Shown here: positions 8,579 to 18,014 of the stretch, one piece after another
How positions within the stretch are numbered: the stretch's first letter is position 1
How the letters are laid out: each line of letters opens with the position of its first letter
NCBI GenBank assembly: GCA_004796375.1
Contig: QZLA01000205.1
Location: 1-40,184 of the forward strand
Direction: 5' to 3'
Length of the DNA: 40,184 nt
From: Desulfobacteraceae bacterium
GTDB lineage: Bacteria; Desulfobacterota; Desulfobacteria; Desulfobacterales; Desulfobacteraceae
The notes under the pieces: generated by a model
Seen by the model: only the letters and a program-made list of their open reading frames with translations
What the model was told of the DNA's origin: nothing
Databases searched by the model: none
Position numbers and translations under genes: made by a program

Positions 8579-9209
8579 CTTTATTCTCCTCAGGATTGGC
8601 AATGGTTCCCGTCACATCGTCTTGCGTACGGCTCATTCTGTGCGGTACCAGGACACTGCAGGGCGTTGTTATCTTGATGTCCGGCAGGGGGGCGATGTCC
8701 GGCTGGCTCCTGGCATCCTTTTCCAGTTCATCCCATGGACCGAAACCCAGTGCCCGGGTGGGACAGGCTGATACACAAGCTGGAGACCTGCCTTCAGACA
8801 GATAATCCTCGCAGAAATTGCATTTGGTCATCCGGCCGGCATCCGCATCAAACTGGGGAGCGCCATAGGGGCAGGCCCACTCGCAATACCTGCACCCCAT
8901 GCATTTGCCCTGATCCACTGTTACAATGCCGTTTTCATCCGGGTGCATGGCAGTGGTGGGGCAGACCTGGGTACAGATGGGATCCATGCAGTGGTTGCAG
9001 CTGACCGACACGTAGTAGGTAAACACATCCTGCATGAACGTACCGTCCGGCAGGGGCATCCACTGGCCGCCGCAATATTCAGCCACCCGCCGCCAACGCA
9101 GGCCCAGGGCCAGGTTGTTTTTATCCTTGCAGGCCACCATGCAGGTTTTACACCCGGTGCACTGTTGTGCATCCAGGGTAAAGGCCCATTTGTTCAGTTC
9201 CCGGGTCAT
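8571..9209 (-). CDS. DmsB-like 4Fe-4S ferredoxin-type electron-transfer subunit
   Basis: 212 aa with four Cys clusters: CTGCKTCMVACKDKN, CNHCMDPICTQVCP, CMGCRYCEWACP and CNFCEDY...CVSACP. It has no signal peptide. Its start overlaps the DmsA-like stop. Confidence 0.85.
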   Translation of the reverse strand: MTRELNKWAFTLDAQQCTGCKTCMVACKDKNNLALGLRWRRVAEYCGGQWMPLPDGTFMQDVFTYYVSVSCNHCMDPICTQVCPTTAMHPDENGIVTVDQGKCMGCRYCEWACPYGAPQFDADAGRMTKCNFCEDYLSEGRSPACVSACPTRALGFGPWDELEKDARSQPDIAPLPDIKITTPCSVLVPHRMSRTQDDVTGTIANPEENKDA

Positions 9210-11497
9210 GGGGATACCTTTCTCACCTCCACCAGGTTGGTGTGCTGGGGATTGCCTTTTGCCAGTGGTGACGGCCGCTGGCGGGTCAAAATATTAATGG
9301 ACCCGTTGGTATCGTTTCCCTGTTTGTCTGGCGTGTACCACGCTCCCTGGGGCAGGGAAAGCACTCCCGGCATGATTCGGGGCGTCACCTTGGCCGGGAC
9401 TTGTGTCTGTCCGCAATCGTTGAACACACACACAAGATCGTTGTGTGAAATGCCCCGGGCCTCGGCATCCAAGGGGTTGATCCACAAGGACTGTACGGCC
9501 GCCTCCTGAAGCCACGGATTGTTGCCGTAAGAGCTGTGGGTCCGCTGCTTATGATGGTGGCCTATCAGTTGAAGGGGATACCTGGCGGATTCAGGCGTAC
9601 CCGGCATCCCCCATGTCTGATGATATTCGGGAAGGGCACTGATCACATCACCATCCGGCAGTTGCCAGGCATGTGCAATATCCCACAAGCGTTTTGAAAA
9701 TATTTCGATCTTTCCGGATGGTGTTTTCAGCGGCGCCGCCTCGGGATTTTCCCGGAAATCCTTGAGCCCGACAATGGGCGGACCCTGTCTCTTCCACTTG
9801 AACAGGCCGGTTTGCATGGCCTGCTCGAAATTTTTCGGCAGGTCATCGCGTACCTGTCTGCACTGGTGGTACATGTATGTCACCCACTCATCCCGGGTGC
9901 GGTCTTCTGTGAATTCTCGTCCCACACCCAGGCGGTTTGCGATATCTGAACAGATTTCAAAAAGGGTCCGGCACTCTCCCAGCGGCTCTATGGCTTTTGG
10001 GCGAAGGATCAGTGCGGCCATCTCCACGCCGTATCCCTGGTAGGCAAGATCGCTCTCTTCAAAAACACTAACTCCGGGCAAGACAATATCCGCGTATGTT
10101 GCACTGCTAGTCATGACATTATCGATCAGTACAATCATTTCACAGGCCGTCTCATCCGACAGGATGTCATGGGTGTGACGGATATCCGAATGCTGGTTCA
10201 CCAAGGTGTTGCTGGCAAAACTCCAGATAAATTTAATGGGTGTTTCAAGGTGCTGCTTTCCCATCAGCCCGTGGGTGATGTCGGTAAACCCTTTGGGATC
10301 CTCGATGGCTTGGGTCCACAAAAAGCAGGGGATGGAGGTGCTGACCGGGTTGGATCCCGTGGGAATAGAGGGAAACGCAAAGCCGAAGGGTGCTTCCCGT
10401 CCGCCGCTGTTGCCGCCCTGGATGCCCACATTGCCGGTGAGGATGGGCAGCATGCAGATGGCGCGGGCGGTCTGTTCACCATTGGCATGCCGCTGAGGCC
10501 CCCACCCCTGGGCAATGTAGGCAGGCTTTGCCGTGCCGATCTCCCGGGCGAGCTGAATGATGCGCTCTGCTGGAATTCCTGTAATGCTCGATGCCCATTG
10601 AGGCGTCTTGGGGATACCGTCCGGCCCCGTACCCAGGATATACTCCTTGTAACTGTTTCCTGCTAAAAATCCTGGCGGCATGGTGGCGACATCATATCCC
10701 ACGCAATAGCGGTCCAGAAACGGTTGGTCCACCAGGTCCTCGGTGATCAGGACGTGGGCAAGGGCACAAACCAGGGCCGCATCCGTTCCCGGGCGAATGG
10801 GAATCCATTCATCTGCCGCAAGGACCGCGGTATCGGAATGCCGCGGATCGATGACAATAAGCCTGACATTGCTCTGTTTTTTGACCCGTGCAAGATCATA
10901 GGTGGAACCACCTCCGCTCATGCGGGTTTCGGCCGTGTTGTTGCCGAAAAAAACGGCAAGCTTGCTGTTGGCCATATCAGAGAGGTTATTGGCGCACTCG
11001 TGGACACCGTATGTATACTGAAGCCCATGGGTGATCTGGGCGGTGCTGTAGGAGTTGTAATGGTTGAGTTGGCCGCCCAGAAGATTCATCAGGCGGTCGA
11101 TCTGCTCGCGGCCGGAAACCACCCCTCCCAGGTTCCCGGTACCGTAAATGCGATGAACCGCCTCGTTACCGTGGGTTTTGATGACCTGGTCCAGTTTGGT
11201 GGCAATCTGTTCGATTGCTTCTTCCCAGGAGATGCGGGCAAATTGACCCTCACCTCTTTTCCCGGTCCGTTTGAGAGGATGAAGCAGCCGCTCGGGTGAA
11301 TAGATCCATTTTCGCAGGGCTCTTCCCCGAAGACAGGCCCGGATCTCGTGGGCACCAGGGGTGTCCTCCCCGGTGTTGTCGGTCTCGATTTTCACGACGG
11401 TCCCATCTTTCACATGCACGCGGAGGGCACAACGGCTGCCGCAGTTTACATTACAGACCGACCAGAGTATTTTATCAGGGCATGTGGTATCTGTCAC
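9206..11497 (-). CDS. Molybdopterin (bis-MGD) oxidoreductase catalytic subunit of the DMSO reductase (DmsA) family, lacking a Tat signal peptide
   Basis: 763 aa. The N-terminus ILWSVCNVNCGSRCALRVHVKDGTVVKIETDN aligns with mature E. coli DmsA (VIWSACTVNCGSRCPLRMHVVDGEIKYVETDN). The GTG start has GGAGG 7 nt upstream and an in-frame TGA immediately before it, so no twin-arginine leader is possible. Confidence 0.85.
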   Translation of the reverse strand: MTDTTCPDKILWSVCNVNCGSRCALRVHVKDGTVVKIETDNTGEDTPGAHEIRACLRGRALRKWIYSPERLLHPLKRTGKRGEGQFARISWEEAIEQIATKLDQVIKTHGNEAVHRIYGTGNLGGVVSGREQIDRLMNLLGGQLNHYNSYSTAQITHGLQYTYGVHECANNLSDMANSKLAVFFGNNTAETRMSGGGSTYDLARVKKQSNVRLIVIDPRHSDTAVLAADEWIPIRPGTDAALVCALAHVLITEDLVDQPFLDRYCVGYDVATMPPGFLAGNSYKEYILGTGPDGIPKTPQWASSITGIPAERIIQLAREIGTAKPAYIAQGWGPQRHANGEQTARAICMLPILTGNVGIQGGNSGGREAPFGFAFPSIPTGSNPVSTSIPCFLWTQAIEDPKGFTDITHGLMGKQHLETPIKFIWSFASNTLVNQHSDIRHTHDILSDETACEMIVLIDNVMTSSATYADIVLPGVSVFEESDLAYQGYGVEMAALILRPKAIEPLGECRTLFEICSDIANRLGVGREFTEDRTRDEWVTYMYHQCRQVRDDLPKNFEQAMQTGLFKWKRQGPPIVGLKDFRENPEAAPLKTPSGKIEIFSKRLWDIAHAWQLPDGDVISALPEYHQTWGMPGTPESARYPLQLIGHHHKQRTHSSYGNNPWLQEAAVQSLWINPLDAEARGISHNDLVCVFNDCGQTQVPAKVTPRIMPGVLSLPQGAWYTPDKQGNDTNGSINILTRQRPSPLAKGNPQHTNLVEVRKVSP

Positions 11498-11618
11498 TCA
11501 ACAACCTCCAAGGGTACGGATATGATTTGAGCGCCATGCTTTCTTCCTTTCTTGACCTTAGGTTATGCTTAACATATACCTCTTAGTTGAATTAACATAG
11601 GGTGAAGCCAAAAGGAAA

Positions 11619-12617
11619 TCAATACTCGTAGAACAGCTTTTGAACCTCCTCCCCGGTCCGGGGTTTTAACAGGGCCAGCATCAAGAGTATCCTGGCTTTT
11701 GCCGGATTTAACTCATCTGAAACAATAAACCCGTGGGCATCGTCATTGACCTCCACATTCCGGCCCACCGTGCCCGTGGGCACCCGGGAGGCCCGGACAA
11801 TGAAGATCCCCTTTTTCGCGAATTCTGCAGCCGCTTTGATAGATCCTTGGTTCATATTGCCATTTCCGTCTCCGGCAATCACAATCCCCCTGGCGCCTCT
11901 TGAAACCGAAGCGTCGATCAGGTCCGGCGGCATATCTGCACATGCATAGATGATATCCACCCGGGGAAGCGGCAGATCATAGTCGGTCGTGAATTCACTT
12001 TCACGGGTGTGTTTTCTGAAAGATCCCCTGAAAAATTTGACCTCTCCGTATATCACGGTGCCCATGAGCCCGGTCACCGGGGAGAGAAACGTTTCCACTG
12101 ACGTGGTGTTGGTCTTGGTCAGGGAGTGGGCACCGTGGATCCTGTCATTCATCACCACCATGACACCACGCGCCTTTGCTTCCGGGTCTGCAGCCACGGC
12201 CACGGCATTGAACAGGTTCAGGGGGCCGTCTGCACTGACAGCGGTTGACGGACGCATGGATCCGGTCATGATGACAGGTTTGGTGCAGTTGACCGTGAGA
12301 TTGAGAAAAAAGGCGGTCTCCTCGATGGTATCGGTGCCGTGGGTCACCACAATGCCGTCAATCTCCTGTTTTTCCAGGGTCTCATTGATTTTTCGGGCGA
12401 GCCGGGTCATAATCTCAAAAGACATGTCCTGGGAGCCGATATTGCAGACCTGCTCCCCATCAACGCGGGCAATCTGATCCAGATCCGGCACCGCCTTGAG
12501 CATCTCTTTGATATCAAGCTGCCCGGAGGTGTAGCCTGCCTTGGTGGAGGAACCTGCACGGCCGGCGATGGTGCCGCCGGTGGCCAGTACGTATATATCG
12601 GGTAGATTCTTTATCAT
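11619..12617 (-). CDS. L-asparaginase
   Basis: 332 aa. N-terminus IYVLATGGTIAG carries the TGGTIAG asparaginase signature. GTDT and other family motifs are present, and there is no signal peptide. Confidence 0.85.
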   Translation of the reverse strand: MIKNLPDIYVLATGGTIAGRAGSSTKAGYTSGQLDIKEMLKAVPDLDQIARVDGEQVCNIGSQDMSFEIMTRLARKINETLEKQEIDGIVVTHGTDTIEETAFFLNLTVNCTKPVIMTGSMRPSTAVSADGPLNLFNAVAVAADPEAKARGVMVVMNDRIHGAHSLTKTNTTSVETFLSPVTGLMGTVIYGEVKFFRGSFRKHTRESEFTTDYDLPLPRVDIIYACADMPPDLIDASVSRGARGIVIAGDGNGNMNQGSIKAAAEFAKKGIFIVRASRVPTGTVGRNVEVNDDAHGFIVSDELNPAKARILLMLALLKPRTGEEVQKLFYEY

Positions 12618-12633
12618 TTTTCTTTACTTTTCA

Positions 12634-14007
12634 TTAACAGTTGACATAGCACAGGGCCAGTCCGCCCAGGGAGGTTTCCTTATACCGGGTGTTCATATCT
12701 TTGCCCGTTTCCATCATGGTCTGAACCACTTCATCAAAGCTTACCTTCTGGCGGTCAGGATCTCCCGCATCCGCCAGGATATGGGCATTCACCGCCGTGA
12801 CCGCTCCCACGGCGTTCCGCTCAATGCAGGGAATTTGGACATAGCCGCCCACAGGGTCGCAGGTCATGCCCAGTTGATGTTCCAGAGCAATTTCAGCGGC
12901 ATTTTCCAGCCGCTTCATATCGCCACCCATGGCGTGGGTCATGAACGCTGCAGCCATGGAAGAGGCGACCCCGACCTCGCCCTGGCACCCCACTTCAGCA
13001 CCTGAGATACTGGCATTTTTTTTGGCAATGAATGCAACGACTGCCGCAGCCAAAAGTCCTTTTCTCAGTTGGTTGCGGTCAAGGCCGTGATGGTGTTTGA
13101 GCATGTATACCACACCGGGCAATACCCCTGAAGCACCCGATGTCGGCGCGGTGACGACACGCCGTCCGTCCGCGTTCTCCTCGGAGGCCGCCATGGCATA
13201 TGCATTGAGCAATCCTAAAAACCGGCCGCTCTCTTTGGACATTTTCAGGGCGTTTTCTCTCAAGACCTTTGCTTTTCGATGCAGGCCGATCGATCCGGGC
13301 AGCAGCCCGTCCTTTGAAAGCCCATTCGCCACGGAATCGTGCATGGCATCCAGAATGTGGTCCGTTTGTTTTTGGATATCCGCCTTGTCTTTACCGGTTA
13401 GCGCAGATTCATTTTCCAGCACCACCTGCTCCAGTGAGAGGCCGGTTTTCCGGATCAGTTCCTGTAAAGAGGTCATGTTCCAGTAAAGGTGTGGTGGCGA
13501 CAACGGCTTTTCAAGGACCTCTCCTTTGCACTGGATAAAGCCGCCGCCAATGGAATAATACTCTTTTTCAAGAATCAGGCGGTCCTTGTACCTCAAAATG
13601 AATCGCAGGGTATTGGCAAAGGGAAGGTTAGAACCTTCCTGGTTTTCAAAAATGATGTCACGGCCTGAAAACCGTATATATCCACTGCCCAAAGGAAGGT
13701 CATAAACGGTATCAAGGGATTTGAGCAGGCCATTGAGGGCATCACAGTCACAGGTTTCCGGCTCCCATCCCAGAAGGCCGCCCAGGATGGCTCTGTGGGT
13801 GCCATGTCCCATTCCGGTCAGGCTCAGGGAACCGAATAAATGCACCTTCAGGTCCAGGTCTTTCAAAGGCGGGTCAAGCGTTTCCATCTCCTCCCTGAAC
13901 AGGAGGGAGGCGCGCATGGGACCGATGGTATGGGAACTTGAAGGTCCGGGTCCGGCTTTGAAGATATCAAAAACAGATATGGAGATACAATCTTTCAGAG
14001 AGGACAT
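12634..14007 (-). CDS. sdaA: L-serine dehydratase (iron-sulfur-dependent L-serine ammonia-lyase, single-chain)
   Basis: 457 aa. The N-terminal motif SVFDIFKAGPGPSSSHTIGPM is the hallmark of Fe-S L-serine dehydratases. The length matches fused alpha/beta single-chain SdaA. Confidence 0.85.
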   Translation of the reverse strand: MSSLKDCISISVFDIFKAGPGPSSSHTIGPMRASLLFREEMETLDPPLKDLDLKVHLFGSLSLTGMGHGTHRAILGGLLGWEPETCDCDALNGLLKSLDTVYDLPLGSGYIRFSGRDIIFENQEGSNLPFANTLRFILRYKDRLILEKEYYSIGGGFIQCKGEVLEKPLSPPHLYWNMTSLQELIRKTGLSLEQVVLENESALTGKDKADIQKQTDHILDAMHDSVANGLSKDGLLPGSIGLHRKAKVLRENALKMSKESGRFLGLLNAYAMAASEENADGRRVVTAPTSGASGVLPGVVYMLKHHHGLDRNQLRKGLLAAAVVAFIAKKNASISGAEVGCQGEVGVASSMAAAFMTHAMGGDMKRLENAAEIALEHQLGMTCDPVGGYVQIPCIERNAVGAVTAVNAHILADAGDPDRQKVSFDEVVQTMMETGKDMNTRYKETSLGGLALCYVNC

Positions 14008-14034
14008 CGCGTATCCTTGTACCGATAGCTGGTC

Positions 14035-14664
14035 TTAGGGTTTATACTGTCTGAGCGCATCTGCCATGTCACGGCACAACGACTCGAGATTCCGGCTCTG
14101 GGCGGCGGCAAAAGCTTCAGGGCTGTCGATCCCGGATTCCTGGGTATACCGGCTGGTACGGATCAGCACTAACGCTTTGTCCGGGTTTCGGATGACTTCC
14201 CACCGGGCTGCCAGCAGGGCATCCTTGCCGGGTGTGTTGTCCAAACGGATCACTTCGATCGGTACCTGGTAATCCAGGCGGGCACGGCTGTCCCATGACA
14301 ATACAATCACCCCATCCCTGTTCAGCAGGGTGGATAGCCGCTCCAAGGTGAGGCGGGAGATAGTATCCTTCAAAGGTTCTGCCCAGTTGTCAAACTCCAT
14401 GAGCTTGAGCCGGTTGGGCGCCGTCCGGGTGACCATCTGGGGCCGGTCCAGGTAGGGAGGGATTTTAAAGGGGCCCAGTCCGACCTTGATCACATGGTTT
14501 TGGTCCGCCAGCATATCCACGGATACCGTATGCGAATCAGGGTCCTGGGGTGTTGATTCCAGCAGGTAAAAACGGGTGGGTGCACTTTTACCGGTGCATC
14601 CGCCCAGAAAGATCAGTATTAAAACAAGCGCTGTCAGTCCATACACCCTATACGTTTTTTCCAT
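14035..14664 (-). CDS. ABC-type transport auxiliary lipoprotein (PqiC/DUF330-like) of the Mla/Mce system
   Basis: 209 aa. It has a signal peptide with a lipobox (LILIFLGGC). It lies immediately downstream of the MCE gene with a 3-nt gap. Confidence 0.65.
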   Translation of the reverse strand: MEKTYRVYGLTALVLILIFLGGCTGKSAPTRFYLLESTPQDPDSHTVSVDMLADQNHVIKVGLGPFKIPPYLDRPQMVTRTAPNRLKLMEFDNWAEPLKDTISRLTLERLSTLLNRDGVIVLSWDSRARLDYQVPIEVIRLDNTPGKDALLAARWEVIRNPDKALVLIRTSRYTQESGIDSPEAFAAAQSRNLESLCRDMADALRQYKP

Positions 14665-14667
14665 ATT

Positions 14668-15750
14668 TTACCTCCTGTATGCGCCTTTTCCCTGGAGCAG
14701 TGCTTCCGGATGCCGTTCCAGATATTCGGCCCAGACCCTTATGGAGCGCGCTGCTGCAGAAAGCTCTTTTAAGGTTTGCATCATTTCCAATACCACGGGA
14801 GAATCATGGGCAATAAATCTTGAAGCATTTTCCAACGCGGGTTCCGCGGTTTCAATGCCGCCCTGTATGGATTTTGCCGTACCCCGGATATCTTCAAGCA
14901 GCGGCTCGACCTGATCATCCAGATTCCTTGCCAGCTGCTGAAAATCTTTAACCAGAGGATCCACCCGGGTATTGGCATTTTGGGCAAACGCCTCAAATTC
15001 GGCAAGGGTCCTGCCGATCCTTTCCTCCAAGGCGGCGGTCCGTGTATTCACATTGCGGACAAGTGTCCTCAGGTCCGTACCAAACTGAGTCACCTGGTTA
15101 TCTGCCTGGTTCACGAATTCCCTCACATCCTCTACGGTTTGGTGGACTGCCGGCAGCAGGGACTGGGCTTCGGGGGAACTGATGATGGCATCCACACCGG
15201 CCACCATGGAGGTCAGCCGGTCAACCAGTTCCTGGAAGTTCATCTCATCGAGTTTCTGGGACCATTTGGACAATCCGGTCTTGATGGTGGGGACCTCAGT
15301 GTACCGCTTTTCCTTTCCCTGAAGGCGGATCGGGGTATCAGGATGGAAATCCAGATGAATAATGAATTTGCCCGTGACAATACTCTGGATTTCAAGGCTG
15401 GCCCGCAGGCCTTTATCTATAAGTGATTGCATGCTTTGTGCGGGCCCGAGGTCATTGTGGCCGACCACCTCGAACCGGGTGGGTTCTATCTCGATATACA
15501 CCGGGATATGAATGGTCCCATCGGTCATGTTGGCCTTGATGGAGATATCCGTGACCATGCCGATAGGAACCCCTTTAAAGAGAACCGGGGCACCGACATT
15601 CAAGCCTTTTACCGATCCTTCAAAGAACAGCACATACTGATACCCTTTTTTCAGGACATCTCCGGAGCCAAATACCAGGATGCCTGCAATACCCAGGGTA
15701 AGTGCTCCCACCACAAACCCGCCGATCAGTGTTTTCCGGGTTTCTTTCAT
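14668..15750 (-). CDS. MCE/MlaD-family substrate-binding protein with C-terminal coiled-coil extension
   Basis: 360 aa. An N-terminal TM helix is followed by an MCE domain (VLFFEGSVKGLNVGAPVLFKGVPIGMV). It overlaps the ATPase gene by 4 nt. Confidence 0.8.
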   Translation of the reverse strand: MKETRKTLIGGFVVGALTLGIAGILVFGSGDVLKKGYQYVLFFEGSVKGLNVGAPVLFKGVPIGMVTDISIKANMTDGTIHIPVYIEIEPTRFEVVGHNDLGPAQSMQSLIDKGLRASLEIQSIVTGKFIIHLDFHPDTPIRLQGKEKRYTEVPTIKTGLSKWSQKLDEMNFQELVDRLTSMVAGVDAIISSPEAQSLLPAVHQTVEDVREFVNQADNQVTQFGTDLRTLVRNVNTRTAALEERIGRTLAEFEAFAQNANTRVDPLVKDFQQLARNLDDQVEPLLEDIRGTAKSIQGGIETAEPALENASRFIAHDSPVVLEMMQTLKELSAAARSIRVWAEYLERHPEALLQGKGAYRR

Positions 15751-16532
15751 CTGTGTCTACTCTCCTTGGTTTCCCCCCGTCTTAAAAATAGCCTCACGTC
15801 ATCATATTCGCTGTCCTGCCTGAGCATTCTGGGGTGCCCCATGGCGCTCATGGTTTTGGTACCGGCATCCAGAAAAACGGAATTATTTCCAATCATGAAT
15901 ATGCTGTCCAGATCATGGGTGACCACGACAATGGTGGCACCCAGGCTTTCCCTGAGTTCCAGAATCAGTTCGTCAAGGCGGCGGGCACTCAGGGGGTCGA
16001 GACCTGCGGACGGTTCGTCGAAAAACAGGAACTTGGGGTCCATGGCAATGGCCCGGGCCAACCCGGCCCGCTTTCGCATGCCCCCGCTGATTTCGGACGG
16101 ATAAAAATCCTCAAACCCGGCCAACCCGACCAGCGAAAGTTTGAAGGCAACCAGTTCCCGGATCTCTTTTTGTTTCAGGTTTGTATACTGCTCCAAGGGA
16201 AGGGCGACATTCTGCCCAAGGGTCATGGAGCTCCAGAGCGCACCGCTTTGATAGAGGATCCCGGCCTGTTTCATAATCCGGTCCCGCTCTGCTGGCAAGA
16301 CGTTCCAGAAGCTGGTATTTCCGTAAAATATCTCTCCTTTGAAGGGGGCCTTCAGCCCGATGAGGTGTCGCAGCAGCGTACTCTTCCCGCACCCGCTGCC
16401 CCCCATGATGATAAATACATCGCCCGGGTTGACCGAAAAATTCAGATTCTGCATGATTACATAGTTGTCATAGGCCATGGTCAGGTTCTTCACGACGATT
16501 TGGGCGACGGATGAATGGTCAGTTGTTTTCAA
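15747..16532 (-). CDS. MlaF-like ABC transporter ATP-binding protein
   Basis: 261 aa. Walker A is GGSGCGKST, the signature is LSGGMRKR, and Walker B with D-loop is LFFDEPSAGLD. Confidence 0.85.
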   Translation of the reverse strand: MKTTDHSSVAQIVVKNLTMAYDNYVIMQNLNFSVNPGDVFIIMGGSGCGKSTLLRHLIGLKAPFKGEIFYGNTSFWNVLPAERDRIMKQAGILYQSGALWSSMTLGQNVALPLEQYTNLKQKEIRELVAFKLSLVGLAGFEDFYPSEISGGMRKRAGLARAIAMDPKFLFFDEPSAGLDPLSARRLDELILELRESLGATIVVVTHDLDSIFMIGNNSVFLDAGTKTMSAMGHPRMLRQDSEYDDVRLFLRRGETKESRHR

Positions 16533-16548
16533 TGTATCCCTGCCTTGC

Positions 16549-17754
16549 TTATACCCCTATAACACTGCAGATAATGGTCACCAGTGCCGTGGTGACCACG
16601 ATGGCCACGATTCCCGTAACAACAGCGGATGTGGAGGCATTTCCCACGGCTGCCGCACTCCTGCCGCACTGCATGCCGCGCAGACATCCTGTCAATGCCA
16701 CCAGGATACCAAACAGCACCCCCTGGATGATCCCGATGACCAAATCATTGATGCCGACGGCATTCCGGGTCTGCAGATAATATTGAACCAGGTTCACATC
16801 AAGCATGGTCACCCCCACGATCAAACCGCCCAGGATTCCCATGAGGTTGGCATACAGGCAGAGCATGGGCATCATGATCGTCATACCCAGCATCCGGGGC
16901 AGCACCAGGAATTCCACCGGGCTGATTCCCAGGGTCTTGAGGGCGTCAATCTCCTCATTCACCTCCATGGTCCCGATCTGGGCCGCAAAGGCGGCACCGG
17001 TGCGCCCGGCCATGATGACACCGGTCATTACCGATCCCATCACCCGCACCATGGCAATTCCCACCAGGTCCGCCACATAGATTTCAGCGCCGAACATCTC
17101 AAGCTGGATCGCCCCGATAAAGGCCAGGATTAAACCGACCAGAAGACTGATCAGGGATACGATGGGAAGTGCCTCTACCCCGCACTCCTGGATAGTGAGT
17201 GTCAGATCAGACGACCGGTAGCGGGCCTTGCCCGTGAAAAGTTTCATCACGGCAATGGTGGATTCTCCTAAAAACGAGATGATTTCTCCTGCCGATTTAA
17301 GAAAATCAAGGGTTTCTTCACCCACATGGGCCAGGAATGTCGGGCGTCTTCGTTTTTCACGGGTCCCCTTTTTTTCCGGGACTGCAGAGGCGAGCATCAA
17401 CAGGCGCTTTACCCCCTGGGGCAGACCGGATCGATCGACAAAAACACCTTTTTGTTCACATGTTTCAATCAGGCGGGTCAGGGTGATCAGCAGTATGCTG
17501 TCCCAGGATTTCAGACTGCTGCTGTCAAAACTGATCTTTTCGAGTCTTGGAAATTGGGTCAGGCCCGAAATGATATCCCCGGTGTCCGGAAGTGTTGAAC
17601 CCTGCCGCCATTTACCAAGCAATTGCAACGATACGTGGGAATCGCTGACCGGGCTGAGGCGTAGAAGATCATTTGCGGGTGTTATCATATAGTATCCTTG
17701 CAGGCCGTTTCCAACCGTTGGTTTTCTAGGGTTCGGCAAAGCTGTTATATACAA
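16549..17754 (-). CDS. MlaE-like ABC permease with N-terminal STAS (MlaB-like) domain fusion
   Basis: 401 aa. The C-terminal ~260 aa form a polytopic MlaE-type permease. The N-terminal ~130 aa are soluble with STAS-like features (LSPVSDSHVSLQLLGKW...ISFDSSSLKSWDSILLITL). Confidence 0.7.
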   Translation of the reverse strand: MYITALPNPRKPTVGNGLQGYYMITPANDLLRLSPVSDSHVSLQLLGKWRQGSTLPDTGDIISGLTQFPRLEKISFDSSSLKSWDSILLITLTRLIETCEQKGVFVDRSGLPQGVKRLLMLASAVPEKKGTREKRRRPTFLAHVGEETLDFLKSAGEIISFLGESTIAVMKLFTGKARYRSSDLTLTIQECGVEALPIVSLISLLVGLILAFIGAIQLEMFGAEIYVADLVGIAMVRVMGSVMTGVIMAGRTGAAFAAQIGTMEVNEEIDALKTLGISPVEFLVLPRMLGMTIMMPMLCLYANLMGILGGLIVGVTMLDVNLVQYYLQTRNAVGINDLVIGIIQGVLFGILVALTGCLRGMQCGRSAAAVGNASTSAVVTGIVAIVVTTALVTIICSVIGV

Positions 17755-18014
17755 CGGATGGTCACAGAATCCAAGGCGGAATTTGCATCACTGGCACCTG
17801 AAGAAACCGTCAATCCGCGCTGCGGGACATTATACCGCACTGTTGGCAAACAGGATCTGAAAGCGGCCCCTAAAAGGTTTATTTGAAATTTAAGTGATAT
17901 TTCCTAAAATTTTATTTACACCGTTAGCGAAATAATGCAGACTGATCTGAATCCACGGGTATAACTTTGTAACATGAATCGCATTCAAACCAACTCATAG
18001 ACAGGAGAATTCAC

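Noticed and set aside
8943-11355. Numerous 80-190 aa ORFs on the plus strand inside the DmsA/DmsB genes (e.g. 8943..9509, 10169..10666, 10724..11299)
   Set aside because: They lie antisense within a well-supported, high-GC molybdoenzyme gene. The products are Arg/Gly/Pro-rich and show no motifs. This is a typical GC-driven open-frame artefact.
17792-17806. TGGCAC hexamer upstream of the Mla operon / cytochrome gene as a possible sigma-54 -24 element
   Set aside because: The downstream -12 position reads GAAAC rather than TTGC, and the TTGCA nearby lies on the wrong side. The orientation would also drive nothing appropriate.
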